Source: an uncultured delta proteobacterium (GTDB taxonomy: Bacteria > Myxococcota_A > Polyangia > Fen-1088). Taken from it: a stretch of 64,000 nt of DNA. The stretch is from the NCBI GenBank assembly GCA_963796685.1, contig CAWCMR010000025.1, positions 1,120,001 to 1,184,000 on the forward strand. The letters run 5' to 3'. The notes beneath the pieces were generated by a model that saw nothing but the letters and a program-made list of their open reading frames with translations, was not told the DNA's origin and did not search any database. Every line of letters starts with the position of its first letter. Within the stretch, counting starts at the first letter, position 1. Positions 30,510 through 39,279 of this stretch are shown here, piece after piece. The position numbers and the translations under genes are program-made.

Positions 30510-31109
30510 ATGACACCCACAGCGCCGCGACGAAGCAAATGTCTGCAATCACCCGCCGGCTGCGAGGGCTACCTGAGCCGCAAGCAAGCGGCCCATGCCC
30601 TCGGTTTCGCGAGCGAGTTCAAGATCCGCGAGCTCGAGCGCAAGGGAATGCTGCGCTCCGTGCGCGGTCCGATGCGCGCGGCCTTTTACGCCCGGCCCGA
30701 GATCCTAGCCCTCAAAGCCCAACTGGCCTTGCGCGAGCCCGGCCAGGTCCCGGCGGACGCGTGGACCGACGCCGAATTGCTGGCCCTGCTCGGTCACCCC
30801 AAGCGAAGCGGAGAGGCGCGCACGGCGCTGGATCTGGTCCTGGAAACCCAGATCAGCATCGAGCGCGCCGAGCGGGTGTTCGAGTTTTGGCGGCGCTGCG
30901 AGCCTGGCTCGCGCTCCGCCGGCGCCGCCGCTGGGCCGGCGAGTCTTCCACCGCGCGACACCGCGCCGGCCCCTTCGGTGCCCACAACCCGCGAGCGCCG
31001 GGGCGAGCAAAGGATCTCGCGCGACAGTCTGATCCGCGACCTGCGCGATCCGGACCCGCGCGTGCGCGAACGAGCCTTCGCCCGACTCAAGGAGAACGAA
31101 AGAATCTGA
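30510..31109 (+). CDS. Protein with an N-terminal MerR/Xis-like winged HTH and a C-terminal HEAT-like helix pair
   Basis: YLSRKQAAHALGFASEFKIRELERKGMLRSVRGPMRAAFYARPEILAL fits the HTH_17/MerR-N pattern; LIRDLRDPDPRVRERAFARL is HEAT-like. Alternative TTG start at 30462. Confidence 0.65.
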   Translation: MTPTAPRRSKCLQSPAGCEGYLSRKQAAHALGFASEFKIRELERKGMLRSVRGPMRAAFYARPEILALKAQLALREPGQVPADAWTDAELLALLGHPKRSGEARTALDLVLETQISIERAERVFEFWRRCEPGSRSAGAAAGPASLPPRDTAPAPSVPTTRERRGEQRISRDSLIRDLRDPDPRVRERAFARLKENERI

Positions 31110-31113
31110 CGGA

Positions 31114-32454
31114 TCAAATGGGAACGACGTCGCTGAGATCGACCTCGAATTCCTCGCTCGGCACCGCGCCGCGATCGGTGCGCAAGGTGTTGTCGCGCGC
31201 GCGGTTGAGCGCGAGCTGCTCGAAATAGGCCTGCACCTCCGGCACCGCCTCGGCCAGGCGCTCGACGTATTCGCGCGCCAGGAAGAGCACGGTGGTCGGC
31301 GTCGCCGCGCGCACCGTCGCGGAGGTCGGCTGATCCGTGACCAGCGACATCTCGCCGAACATGTCCCCGGCGTGCAATCGCGCCAGCTTGACCGCATCCG
31401 CGCTGGTGGCGCGCGCAACGACGTCCACCTCGCCCGACAGAATGAGGAAAAGGCCCTGGCCGCGCTCGCCTTCGCGGATGATGTCCACACCGGCTTCCAT
31501 CTCGTGGCCCTCGAAGCGACGCAGAAGCTCGCCCTGTTGCGACTTGGTGAAGGGCACGAACAGCGGCGAGGTCTGCAAGAGGTTCTTGATGAGGCGCTCG
31601 CGCGAGAATCGGTCCAGCGCCTCGCGCACCGATGGAACCTCGACCATGACCTGTCGCAGGGCGGCCTTGCTGACCTGGATGACGTCGGCCTCGCCCACCA
31701 CGGCCACCGAAGCCGTGCGCGACTGCCCGGTGATGAGGGCCATCTCGCCGAACAAGGTGTTCTCGAACAAGCGGGCGACGTCCTTGGTACCGCCAGGCGT
31801 GTCCACGAAGACGCGCAGCTCGCCGCTGGCCACGAGAAAGAGCGAGTCGCCCACGTCGCCTTGGCGCATGACGATGTCGCCGTCCTTGAGGCGCAAAATG
31901 GTCAGCGAGCGCGCCACCGCGATGAACGATTCCTGGGTCAGCTCGGACAGAAAGGGCAGCGGATGGTACTGCTCCTGGTAGCCCACGAAGACGGAGAGAT
32001 CGAGGGCCGCGCGCAAGGCTTGCTCGGCCGCGTGTTGCAACGACTTGGGATGGCCGGCGCTGCCGGTTTCGAGCTTGGTGTTGGGATCGACCGGCGCCGG
32101 GCGAATCGCGAAACGCGCCAGCTGGGGCGATCCGGAGGCGTAGATTCTGACCAGCAGGGTCTCGATGTCATCGATCGGCTGCCCAAGCTTGCTCAGGGCC
32201 TGGCCAGCCACCAGCGCCGGCAGGGGATGGCCGGCACGGATATCGTGCATGGCGACCGTACGATATACCTGGGCGGCGACGTCCACGGCACCGGCCTCCA
32301 CGAGGATGTCCGCGATGAGCGTCCGCACCTCGTAGTCGAGCGGAACCGACGCCAAAATCCGCTCGTAGACCGACAGAGCGCCCGCGAAATCGCCTCGTTG
32401 GCGCAGGAGTCGAGCCTCGGCTCGGGCTTCACGCAAGGTGGTGATCATGGCCAT
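31114..32454 (-). CDS. Protein with an N-terminal TPR and two cyclic-nucleotide-binding domains
   Basis: RQGDVGDSLFLVASGEL...FGEMALITGQSRTASV and REGERGQGLFLILSGEV...FGEMSL...TSATV. Confidence 0.9.
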   Translation of the reverse strand: MAMITTLREARAEARLLRQRGDFAGALSVYERILASVPLDYEVRTLIADILVEAGAVDVAAQVYRTVAMHDIRAGHPLPALVAGQALSKLGQPIDDIETLLVRIYASGSPQLARFAIRPAPVDPNTKLETGSAGHPKSLQHAAEQALRAALDLSVFVGYQEQYHPLPFLSELTQESFIAVARSLTILRLKDGDIVMRQGDVGDSLFLVASGELRVFVDTPGGTKDVARLFENTLFGEMALITGQSRTASVAVVGEADVIQVSKAALRQVMVEVPSVREALDRFSRERLIKNLLQTSPLFVPFTKSQQGELLRRFEGHEMEAGVDIIREGERGQGLFLILSGEVDVVARATSADAVKLARLHAGDMFGEMSLVTDQPTSATVRAATPTTVLFLAREYVERLAEAVPEVQAYFEQLALNRARDNTLRTDRGAVPSEEFEVDLSDVVPI

Positions 32455-32534
32455 TAGAGTCGGTCAAGGTCGGGGACGTGGCAAGAGCAGAAAGGAACCC
32501 CTGAACCCGCGACAAGCTCAGCGACGGTTTCAGG

Positions 32535-33098
32535 TCAGTTGACACGGAAGATAGCGCACAGCATCTCGCTGGCGAAGTAGGCCGTGTCGGCTGGATCCTC
32601 GATGCGTTTGGGGCGCAGGAAGGTGTTCATGATTCTTCCCCGGGTGTCGCGTCGCAGGTAGGGATCGCGCGGGGTCACGTAGCTGTGCCGGGTGCTGGCG
32701 TCGCGCCACTCGCGGAACCCGATGCGTCCGCTTGGCTCGGCGGTCTCGACCAGGCCAACGTGCGTGCCGCACCCGGCCCCAAGATCGAAGAAGAGCACGT
32801 CGCCGCCGCGGGCCTGGTCGGCGTGGACCTGGGCAAACTGCCCGCGCATGAAAGCGAAGAGCGCAGGCACGCTGCCGTCGGTTCCGAAGCGAACGCCACG
32901 CGCATGGAGCGATTCCTCCACCAAGGAGGCGGCACTTCGTTTCGGGTGGTGCTGCCCCGACTTGTGCGCTCCGAGCACATTGGATTCCGAGCGGAACTGC
33001 GCCGACGGAACATAGAGGCTTTGCGAAGAGACCGTCGAACAACCGGCCACCGCGGTTAGGGCGATTAGAAACCCGAGCCTGGATAACGATGCCTGCAT
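32535..33098 (-). CDS. Lipoprotein with an NlpC/P60- or CHAP-like domain
   Basis: Lipobox VAGC; ARGGDVLFF and HVGLVE resemble NlpC/P60, but the catalytic Cys position is not evident. Confidence 0.55.
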   Translation of the reverse strand: MQASLSRLGFLIALTAVAGCSTVSSQSLYVPSAQFRSESNVLGAHKSGQHHPKRSAASLVEESLHARGVRFGTDGSVPALFAFMRGQFAQVHADQARGGDVLFFDLGAGCGTHVGLVETAEPSGRIGFREWRDASTRHSYVTPRDPYLRRDTRGRIMNTFLRPKRIEDPADTAYFASEMLCAIFRVN

Positions 33099-33181
33099 GG
33101 ACTACATTGTAGCACTATGTAATTTCTAGACCTACATTTTGCTACCATTCGTCACCCAAGCCTGCTTGGCAACGCGTCAAG

Positions 33182-34261
33182 TCACAACGCTGCCAGAATC
33201 TGCTGCTTCGCGTCCTCGATTGGAATGTCGACCAGCACGGCCTCACCGGGTCGGGGCACGAAGACGAAGCGCACGGCATCGGATCGTCGCTTCTTGTCGA
33301 CCTCGATGCGGTCGAGCACCTTGGCGGTGAGGCGGGCGCGCACGTCGACCGGAAGCGAAAGCCGAACGAGCAGGGTTTGGGTGCGCGCGCGCAGACCGGG
33401 CACGGTCACGCCGCGCGCCTCGCCAAGCGCCAAGGCCGCGACCATGCCCAGGGAAACCGCCTCGCCATGCAAGAGCTCGTAGCCCGAGGCGGCCTCCACG
33501 GCGTGACCCACGGTGTGACCGAAGTTCAAGATGGCGCGGCGGCCGCGCTCGCGCTCGTCCTCGCTGACCACGTCGATCTTCACCTGCACCGCAGACGCAA
33601 TGGCGGCGGCCAGCGAGGCCGGGGAAAGCCCTTGGCCCGCCTCTGCCTCGAGCCTGGCGAGGAGGCCGGCGTCCGCAATTAGGGCCGCCTTGACGACTTC
33701 GGCCAAGCCGGCCGCAACCTCGCGTCGCGGAAGGGTGTCGAGAAAGCCCAAATCCGCCACCACCACGCGCGGCTGGTAAAAGGCACCCACCAGGTTCTTT
33801 CCCGCAGGAATGTCCACGCCGGTCTTGCCTCCGACAGACGCGTCCACCGCCGCAAGCAGCGTGGTCGGACACAGGGCGAAGGCCACGCCTCGCAAATAGA
33901 TGGAGGCGACGAACCCGGCGTGATCCGTGGCTGCGCCGCCGCCGATCCCGATGAGGGCACATCCGCGATCGTAGCCGTGCGCGGCCAGCCACTCGCAGGT
34001 GCGCTCGACAGCGGCCAGGTTCTTGGCCGATTCCCCCCTCGGCAGCAGAAAGCTCTGCACGCGCGGTAGGCGGGCGCCAAGCGCGGCCAGGAGCGGCGGC
34101 ACGCGCGGAGAGACCCGTGCCACCTGCTCGTCGACGAGCACGGCCACGCCGCTCGGCGTGCCTAGCGCAGCGGCGATTCGCTCCGCCACTTCCTCGGGTG
34201 TGTGGGGTGCGACGTGAACGTCGTAGCTGCGATCGGCCAGGGGTACGCGTAACGTGGTCAC
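33182..34261 (-). CDS. aroB: 3-dehydroquinate synthase
   Basis: GESAKNL, GIGGG, PTTLLAAVDASVGGKTG, GKNLVGAFYQP, GLAEVVK, LNFGHTVGHAVE, LHGEAV. GTG start with GAGGAG SD. Confidence 0.95.
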   Translation of the reverse strand: MTTLRVPLADRSYDVHVAPHTPEEVAERIAAALGTPSGVAVLVDEQVARVSPRVPPLLAALGARLPRVQSFLLPRGESAKNLAAVERTCEWLAAHGYDRGCALIGIGGGAATDHAGFVASIYLRGVAFALCPTTLLAAVDASVGGKTGVDIPAGKNLVGAFYQPRVVVADLGFLDTLPRREVAAGLAEVVKAALIADAGLLARLEAEAGQGLSPASLAAAIASAVQVKIDVVSEDERERGRRAILNFGHTVGHAVEAASGYELLHGEAVSLGMVAALALGEARGVTVPGLRARTQTLLVRLSLPVDVRARLTAKVLDRIEVDKKRRSDAVRFVFVPRPGEAVLVDIPIEDAKQQILAAL

Positions 34262-34313
34262 GCTCCTCGGACTACAACGACAGCCCGCGATGGGCAAGTC
34301 CTTGTCATGGCGA

Positions 34314-34799
34314 CTACGGGGGCGGCAGACACGCGTTGCCTGCGCTGCGAACGGAGAGGGCATGGGCGGGCTCGCCGCGACGGAGATGGGGGCGAAGGAG
34401 TTGCACGGGCAACGCTGGCCGCGGAGGCGGGTGCGTCGCCTTGACCGCCAAGGAGGCCGGCAGTTGCGCTGGCCCCACCTCGGGCGAATCGGGGCGCACC
34501 ACCCTTTGGGCCGTCGAGGGGCCACCCACGGCCAGGTGCATGCGCCATCGACGCACGGTCTTGCGCCCGATGCCCTTGATGCGCGCCAAATCGTCCACGA
34601 TGCGAAAGGGATGGGCGCGCCGGTAGGCCAGGATGTTGCGCACACGCGCCGGTCCCACGCCAGGGATCAGGCGCAATTCCTCCGGCGTGGCCGTGTTCAG
34701 GTTCACCACCCCTTCCAGCATGGTCTTGTCCGCCCACGCCGACGACGTGGTTGCGAAAGACGCGACCATGACCACAGCGACAACAAACCATCGCAGCAT
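34314..34799 (-). CDS. ComEA-like helix-hairpin-helix DNA-binding protein
   Basis: Signal peptide; VNLNTATPEELRLIPGVGPARVRNILAYR...DDLARIKGIGRKT. Confidence 0.88.
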   Translation of the reverse strand: MLRWFVVAVVMVASFATTSSAWADKTMLEGVVNLNTATPEELRLIPGVGPARVRNILAYRRAHPFRIVDDLARIKGIGRKTVRRWRMHLAVGGPSTAQRVVRPDSPEVGPAQLPASLAVKATHPPPRPALPVQLLRPHLRRGEPAHALSVRSAGNACLPPP

Positions 34800-34880
34800 G
34801 CTGTCTTCTCGGCAACGGCACCGAAAAAGTTGCGTGCGACGTCGTTCAGGCCCTGGGCTCTCTTCTCCCTCTGCGCCCTC

Positions 34881-35263
34881 AAGAGGTGTCCAGAAATCGG
34901 GCTGGGAGTGAGGTCGATTTTTCCGTGGTCGTTGCTGCTGGCTGCACACCTGGTTCCTCGTCCCTATTCCTTTCCGTGGGCAGCACTTCTCAGACACGCG
35001 CTAAGGAAGCCAGGAAGCCAGGAATGGAAATCAAGCGCGTCTTTGCCTCCCAACGCCGACGACGCTGCCGGCTTTGTTCTCTTTCCCCCTGCTTTCCTGG
35101 CTTCCTCAGACGTTTATTCCGGCTCCCTCTCCGTCCCGGCCCGACGGGAGAGGGGCCGGGGGTGAGGAGTCGTTCCTCCAACGCGGCACTGGCCATTGTC
35201 TCGCGGCTACCGGTTGTCACCCGTTCGACCCGAGCCCTGATCACCAATTTCTGGACACATCTT
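34881..35263. mobile_element. Putative non-autonomous MITE with 17-bp terminal inverted repeats and nested REP-like repeats
   Basis: AAGAGGTGTCCAGAAAT (34881-34897) matches the reverse complement of ATTTCTGGACACATCTT (35247-35263) at 16/17; no credible ORF inside. Confidence 0.55.
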
Positions 35264-35270
35264 CAGTCTC

Positions 35271-36011
35271 TTAGAAAAAACTGTCGTGAAGAACCTCGGA
35301 CAGCAGGTTGCACAAGGCATGGAAGATCGCGCCCGGCGCAACCGACCCGGAGCGGCTGCGCATCCACCCGAAGGCCAGGGCGGGAAAGAAGACCGCCAAG
35401 CGGGCAGGCTGAAAATCGACCAGGAAGTGACCCAGGGCAAACAGGACGCTGGTGATCAGCAAGGGCCATCCCACCGCTGCCCCCCACAGGCGGCGTTGCG
35501 AGGGGAACCGCTCCTCGAAGCGCGACATCAGGTAGCCGCGAAAGAAGACCTCCTCGGGAACGGCGACGACCAGAATCTGTGAGAGCGCCAGAACCAAGAA
35601 TCCCTCGGGCAGCCGCAGGTGCATTCCCGCGACGCCGCGCCAGTGCGAACAGATGGGAGCCACGACGCGTGCGATGTCGAACCTTGGACAAAGCGCGCCG
35701 TAGTAGATGAAGAAACCAAGAATGAACACGGGCCAGGTGACAAGCAGGGCGAGGCCCAGGACGCGCAAGCCGGGGCCGACGGGAGCAAGCGTGATGCCCG
35801 CTGCCCGATCATCGAAAGCCTGCCCCGACAACCTGGCCGCCAGCTGCGGACCCACCAGAAACACGCACGCGATCGCCCCGTTCATGACCTGCTGGACGAA
35901 ACCGACCGAGCGACCGATCCAGTAGAGGCTCGCCGCAACGACGATGGCGACGGTGAAAGCAAGGAGCGGCTCGGCGAGGCTGGTGGGTGCTTGCTCTCGA
36001 CGCTCCGGCAC
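35271..36011 (-). CDS. CPBP (Abi/CAAX-type II) intramembrane glutamic endopeptidase, myxosortase-like
   Basis: VAVPEEVFFRGYL, FALGH, FFPALAFGWMR, IFHALCN. GTG 36011 start inferred from GGAG. Confidence 0.85.
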   Translation of the reverse strand: MPERREQAPTSLAEPLLAFTVAIVVAASLYWIGRSVGFVQQVMNGAIACVFLVGPQLAARLSGQAFDDRAAGITLAPVGPGLRVLGLALLVTWPVFILGFFIYYGALCPRFDIARVVAPICSHWRGVAGMHLRLPEGFLVLALSQILVVAVPEEVFFRGYLMSRFEERFPSQRRLWGAAVGWPLLITSVLFALGHFLVDFQPARLAVFFPALAFGWMRSRSGSVAPGAIFHALCNLLSEVLHDSFF

Positions 36012-36040
36012 GACCGCTTGCTCCGTGACCGGCAGCGTCG

Positions 36041-36310
36041 CTATCCGAAGAGCCCACCCAGGTCGTTCAAGCTGGCCATGGCGGAAGCCGCCTCGGCCTT
36101 GGCGCTGGCCAGACGATCGGGTGCGGCATGATCGATGGGTGCGCCGGGTGCGCGCAGGCAGGTCAGAAGATCGCCAAGCTGGCTGTCGAGCGCGACCAGG
36201 GCTTCCCGGCTGCGCCGGAGCGCGGCGACTGTCTTCCCCATGGTGAGGCGCGAGCGCTCGGGGAGCACCTGTCTCCCCGTAACCTTGATTGCCCGGCGCG
36301 CGAGTCTCAT
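36041..36310 (-). CDS. Small hypothetical helical protein
   Basis: 89-aa ORF filling the gap in a co-oriented run; TTGACA upstream on the minus strand. Confidence 0.45.
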   Translation of the reverse strand: MRLARRAIKVTGRQVLPERSRLTMGKTVAALRRSREALVALDSQLGDLLTCLRAPGAPIDHAAPDRLASAKAEAASAMASLNDLGGLFG

Positions 36311-36372
36311 GGATCGAGTCTCGACAACACGGCGATTCTGTCAACTTTCTCGATCGAGTTTTGAGACGGCGA

Positions 36373-36795
36373 TCAACTATTGCCGCGGATCTTCTCTTCG
36401 TCGTCGCTGAGATAGGCGAAGGTGCGGACCAGGCCCAGAATTCGGTCGCGTTGCGCGGGGGTCAGATCCACGAACTGCACGCCCATGCCGGGATTGATGC
36501 TGTCCGCGCCGTGCGGCTGATTGACCCAGATGACCCTGCCGTCCACGTCCAGCCGCGAGCCATCCTGGGTGCGAAAACGCAGGTTCAGCAAGGTGCCGGG
36601 CGGCCGCGGGCTGGTGGTCTGGATGAAGATCCCCATGGCCGACATGTCGGTGATATAGGCGAACAGAAAGGTGTCGTCGCAGCGATAGTCCACCTCCAGG
36701 CACACCGCCACGCGCTCGTGCACGCGACGCTCGCGCCCGCGCCGCCGATCCTGAGGCACCTCGGTCTTGCGCTTGCGGCGTTCCTTGGCTGTCAT
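36373..36795 (-). CDS. Myxobacterial PilZ-domain protein (TIGR02266-like)
   Basis: ERRVHERV, FLFAYITDMSAMGIFIQT, GRVIWVN, PGMGVQF. Confidence 0.88.
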   Translation of the reverse strand: MTAKERRKRKTEVPQDRRRGRERRVHERVAVCLEVDYRCDDTFLFAYITDMSAMGIFIQTTSPRPPGTLLNLRFRTQDGSRLDVDGRVIWVNQPHGADSINPGMGVQFVDLTPAQRDRILGLVRTFAYLSDDEEKIRGNS

Positions 36796-36797
36796 GG

Positions 36798-39212
36798 CTA
36801 CTTGATCTCGATGAATCCGATCTGGGTTCGATCGCCGCCATCGTTGCTGCCGGCCGTGATCTTGAGCCGCTTGCCCTCCCCGCCTGGCCAGAAGCCCATG
36901 AGGACCGTGTATTTGCCCGCGGGGGTGGTCATGAGGGGAACGTCCACGTCATACCGATCGCGAATGTATTCGCCCGGCAACCAATAGTCTGTAGGGAAAG
37001 TGCCGTTGAGCAAGGGGTGGTCGCCCAGAAGGCGCGGCTCGCCCGGGGCGTCGAAGTGCACGAAGACGCGGAAGCCCGGCTTGGGCTTCTTGTACACGCG
37101 GAAATAGAGGGTGAGTGGGATCGTGCCTGGCCGGCGAATGCTGGGCGGAAAATCCGCCCCCACGAGCTCGATGGCATCCTCGAACATGGTGTGCATCGGG
37201 ATGCGCCACTTCCACGGTGCCGGCTGATCCGGCCATTCCATTTTGACCGCGCCTTCGGGTTTGACCGCGCCTTCGGGTTTGACCGCGCCTTCGGGCTTGG
37301 CGGTGCCCTCGGCCAGGTTGGGCCCGCTCGCCACGATCTTGGGCAGCACGGGCGCCATCCACACGTCCTTCTTGAGCGGATTCTCGTCCTTCTCGCCGTC
37401 CAGCTGGTTGGAGACCAGCAGGAAACGCGACGAGGATCCGTCGACCACGAAATAGCCGACATGCGCGGTCTTCAAGGCGACATCGAGCGGAGCAAGCTCG
37501 GTGGCCGACACCAGGGCGAACACGCGGTCCTTGCTGCGTAGGAATTCGGCCACGCGCTCGGTGGTGGGCAGGTCGACCATCTCCTTGTGGCTGTAGAAGC
37601 CCGCGCCCTGCGCCTCGACCTTGAAGCGGCCGATCCTCTCGCCGTGCGTGGCGAAGCGCCTATAGGACTCGAGCAGCGGCTTGAACGAGAGATGTTTCGA
37701 AAGCGATGGAACCAGGTATTGACCCAAGGTGAACGCGAAGATCAGGGCCACCGCCATCGCCGCCTGGATACCGTAGCGGCCGACTTCGACCACGGCCTTT
37801 TCGATCCGCCGGCGCCAAGGACCGGCGGCGCCCAGCTCGCGCATGGCCACGCGGCCGAGGGCGCGGCCGCGCGTGGCCAGCCCGGTGTACACGCCGCCCG
37901 CGAAGAGAACGCCGATGGCGAGGAAGAACGGCCCCATTTTCAACGTCGGTGGCCAATGGACCTTGGCCAGCGTGTGGACCGACACCAGCTCCTCGGGGCC
38001 GATGTCGAAGTCCCGCGCGACCACCATGGTCCCGGTGGCGATGAGCAAGCCGAGCACCGGTTCGGCGCGGTCGCCCTCCAGCGCTTCATCCAAGAGCACG
38101 CCGATGGCCAGGGCGATGGGCGCCAGGGCCACGAATCGCGCTTCCCCGGTCATGTGAACGAAAAAGCTCGACAGCGCGAAGCCGAAAGCCGCGAAGACGA
38201 GCAGGTAGAGCTGAACGAAGGCGTAGCGATCGCCGTCGGGCTCGTTTCCCCCGCCAAGACGGATGAGCGGCCGCCCGAGCGCGAAGACCGCGAGGGCGCT
38301 CCAGGGAAAGAGGCCAAACCCAAGCTGCCTGATGAGGTACTCGAAGGTGGTGGACGGCGCGCCGGCCCGAGGCACGCCCCCGAGCAGGAGGGAGAATTTG
38401 CCGGCCACGTTCCCGGTGGCGAGCGTGACGATGAAGAGAAGGATGCCCGCCACGACCACCGCGACGATGGCCGTGCGACCACGCGCGCCTTGCACAAGGA
38501 GCCCGCGGCCGAAGCTGACGTCCGCGGGGACATCCGGCCCCACGCCACGCGCGCAAATTTCCGCTCCGCCCTCCCCTCCGTCCCGCCGTGGCCGCAACCC
38601 GAATCCGACCAGCAGGCTGCCGGCCAAAGCGAGGCAAGGCAGCGCCACGCCGAGCAGGGCCCCGCCGGCAAGCAGCCCCATGCCAAGCCCCACGCAGGCG
38701 ATGAGCAGATGGCGCACCCGCCGCGTGCCATCCCCGGGCCAAGCGTAACGGCCGAATCCACCCAGGGCCAAGGCCAGGGCCGCCACCAGCGGCATATCGG
38801 ATACGATCTGGCGCGCCTCCAGGACGAACAGCGGCAGGGAGCCGAGAGCGAGGGCCGCGAGGATCGCAGCCCTCCGCCTGAAAAGCCCCAGTCCTGCCCA
38901 GTACACGGCGAGAATCGCGAGAATAGCGCACAGGCCGTTGCCAATGCGCCCGCCGAATTCACCCACCGAGAACACGCGCATGCCGACGGCGCTCAAGACC
39001 AGGTCGAGCGGTGGCTCGGCGGTGAACCTCTTGTCCACCGTGACGTCGAAGACAGACGAGCTGTCGGCCATGTCGCGCGCGTGCTCGGCGATCTTCAGCT
39101 TCCAGGGATCCCAGAAGCCGAACGATCCCAGCCGCGGCAGGATCAGCACGACCGCGAAAAGCGCGATCCACCAAACGGACGGTATCCGCCGCAATCTGTC
39201 GATGAAGCTCAT
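36798..39212 (-). CDS. GT-C fold glycosyltransferase (ArnT/PMT-like) with a C-terminal Ig-like domain
   Basis: LGSFGFWDPW, EPPLDL, EFGGR, many TM helices, GLFPWSAL; C-terminal FRVFVHFD...DH...PTDYWLPGEYIRD. Internal 18-bp repeat (KPEGAV x3) at about 37243-37300. Confidence 0.8.
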   Translation of the reverse strand: MSFIDRLRRIPSVWWIALFAVVLILPRLGSFGFWDPWKLKIAEHARDMADSSSVFDVTVDKRFTAEPPLDLVLSAVGMRVFSVGEFGGRIGNGLCAILAILAVYWAGLGLFRRRAAILAALALGSLPLFVLEARQIVSDMPLVAALALALGGFGRYAWPGDGTRRVRHLLIACVGLGMGLLAGGALLGVALPCLALAGSLLVGFGLRPRRDGGEGGAEICARGVGPDVPADVSFGRGLLVQGARGRTAIVAVVVAGILLFIVTLATGNVAGKFSLLLGGVPRAGAPSTTFEYLIRQLGFGLFPWSALAVFALGRPLIRLGGGNEPDGDRYAFVQLYLLVFAAFGFALSSFFVHMTGEARFVALAPIALAIGVLLDEALEGDRAEPVLGLLIATGTMVVARDFDIGPEELVSVHTLAKVHWPPTLKMGPFFLAIGVLFAGGVYTGLATRGRALGRVAMRELGAAGPWRRRIEKAVVEVGRYGIQAAMAVALIFAFTLGQYLVPSLSKHLSFKPLLESYRRFATHGERIGRFKVEAQGAGFYSHKEMVDLPTTERVAEFLRSKDRVFALVSATELAPLDVALKTAHVGYFVVDGSSSRFLLVSNQLDGEKDENPLKKDVWMAPVLPKIVASGPNLAEGTAKPEGAVKPEGAVKPEGAVKMEWPDQPAPWKWRIPMHTMFEDAIELVGADFPPSIRRPGTIPLTLYFRVYKKPKPGFRVFVHFDAPGEPRLLGDHPLLNGTFPTDYWLPGEYIRDRYDVDVPLMTTPAGKYTVLMGFWPGGEGKRLKITAGSNDGGDRTQIGFIEIK

Positions 39213-39279
39213 GCGTGCACTCTGGCTGTCCTTTGCAGGGCCGGCACTCTAGCAGCGTGCTTGTGCAAAGGAAACACGA

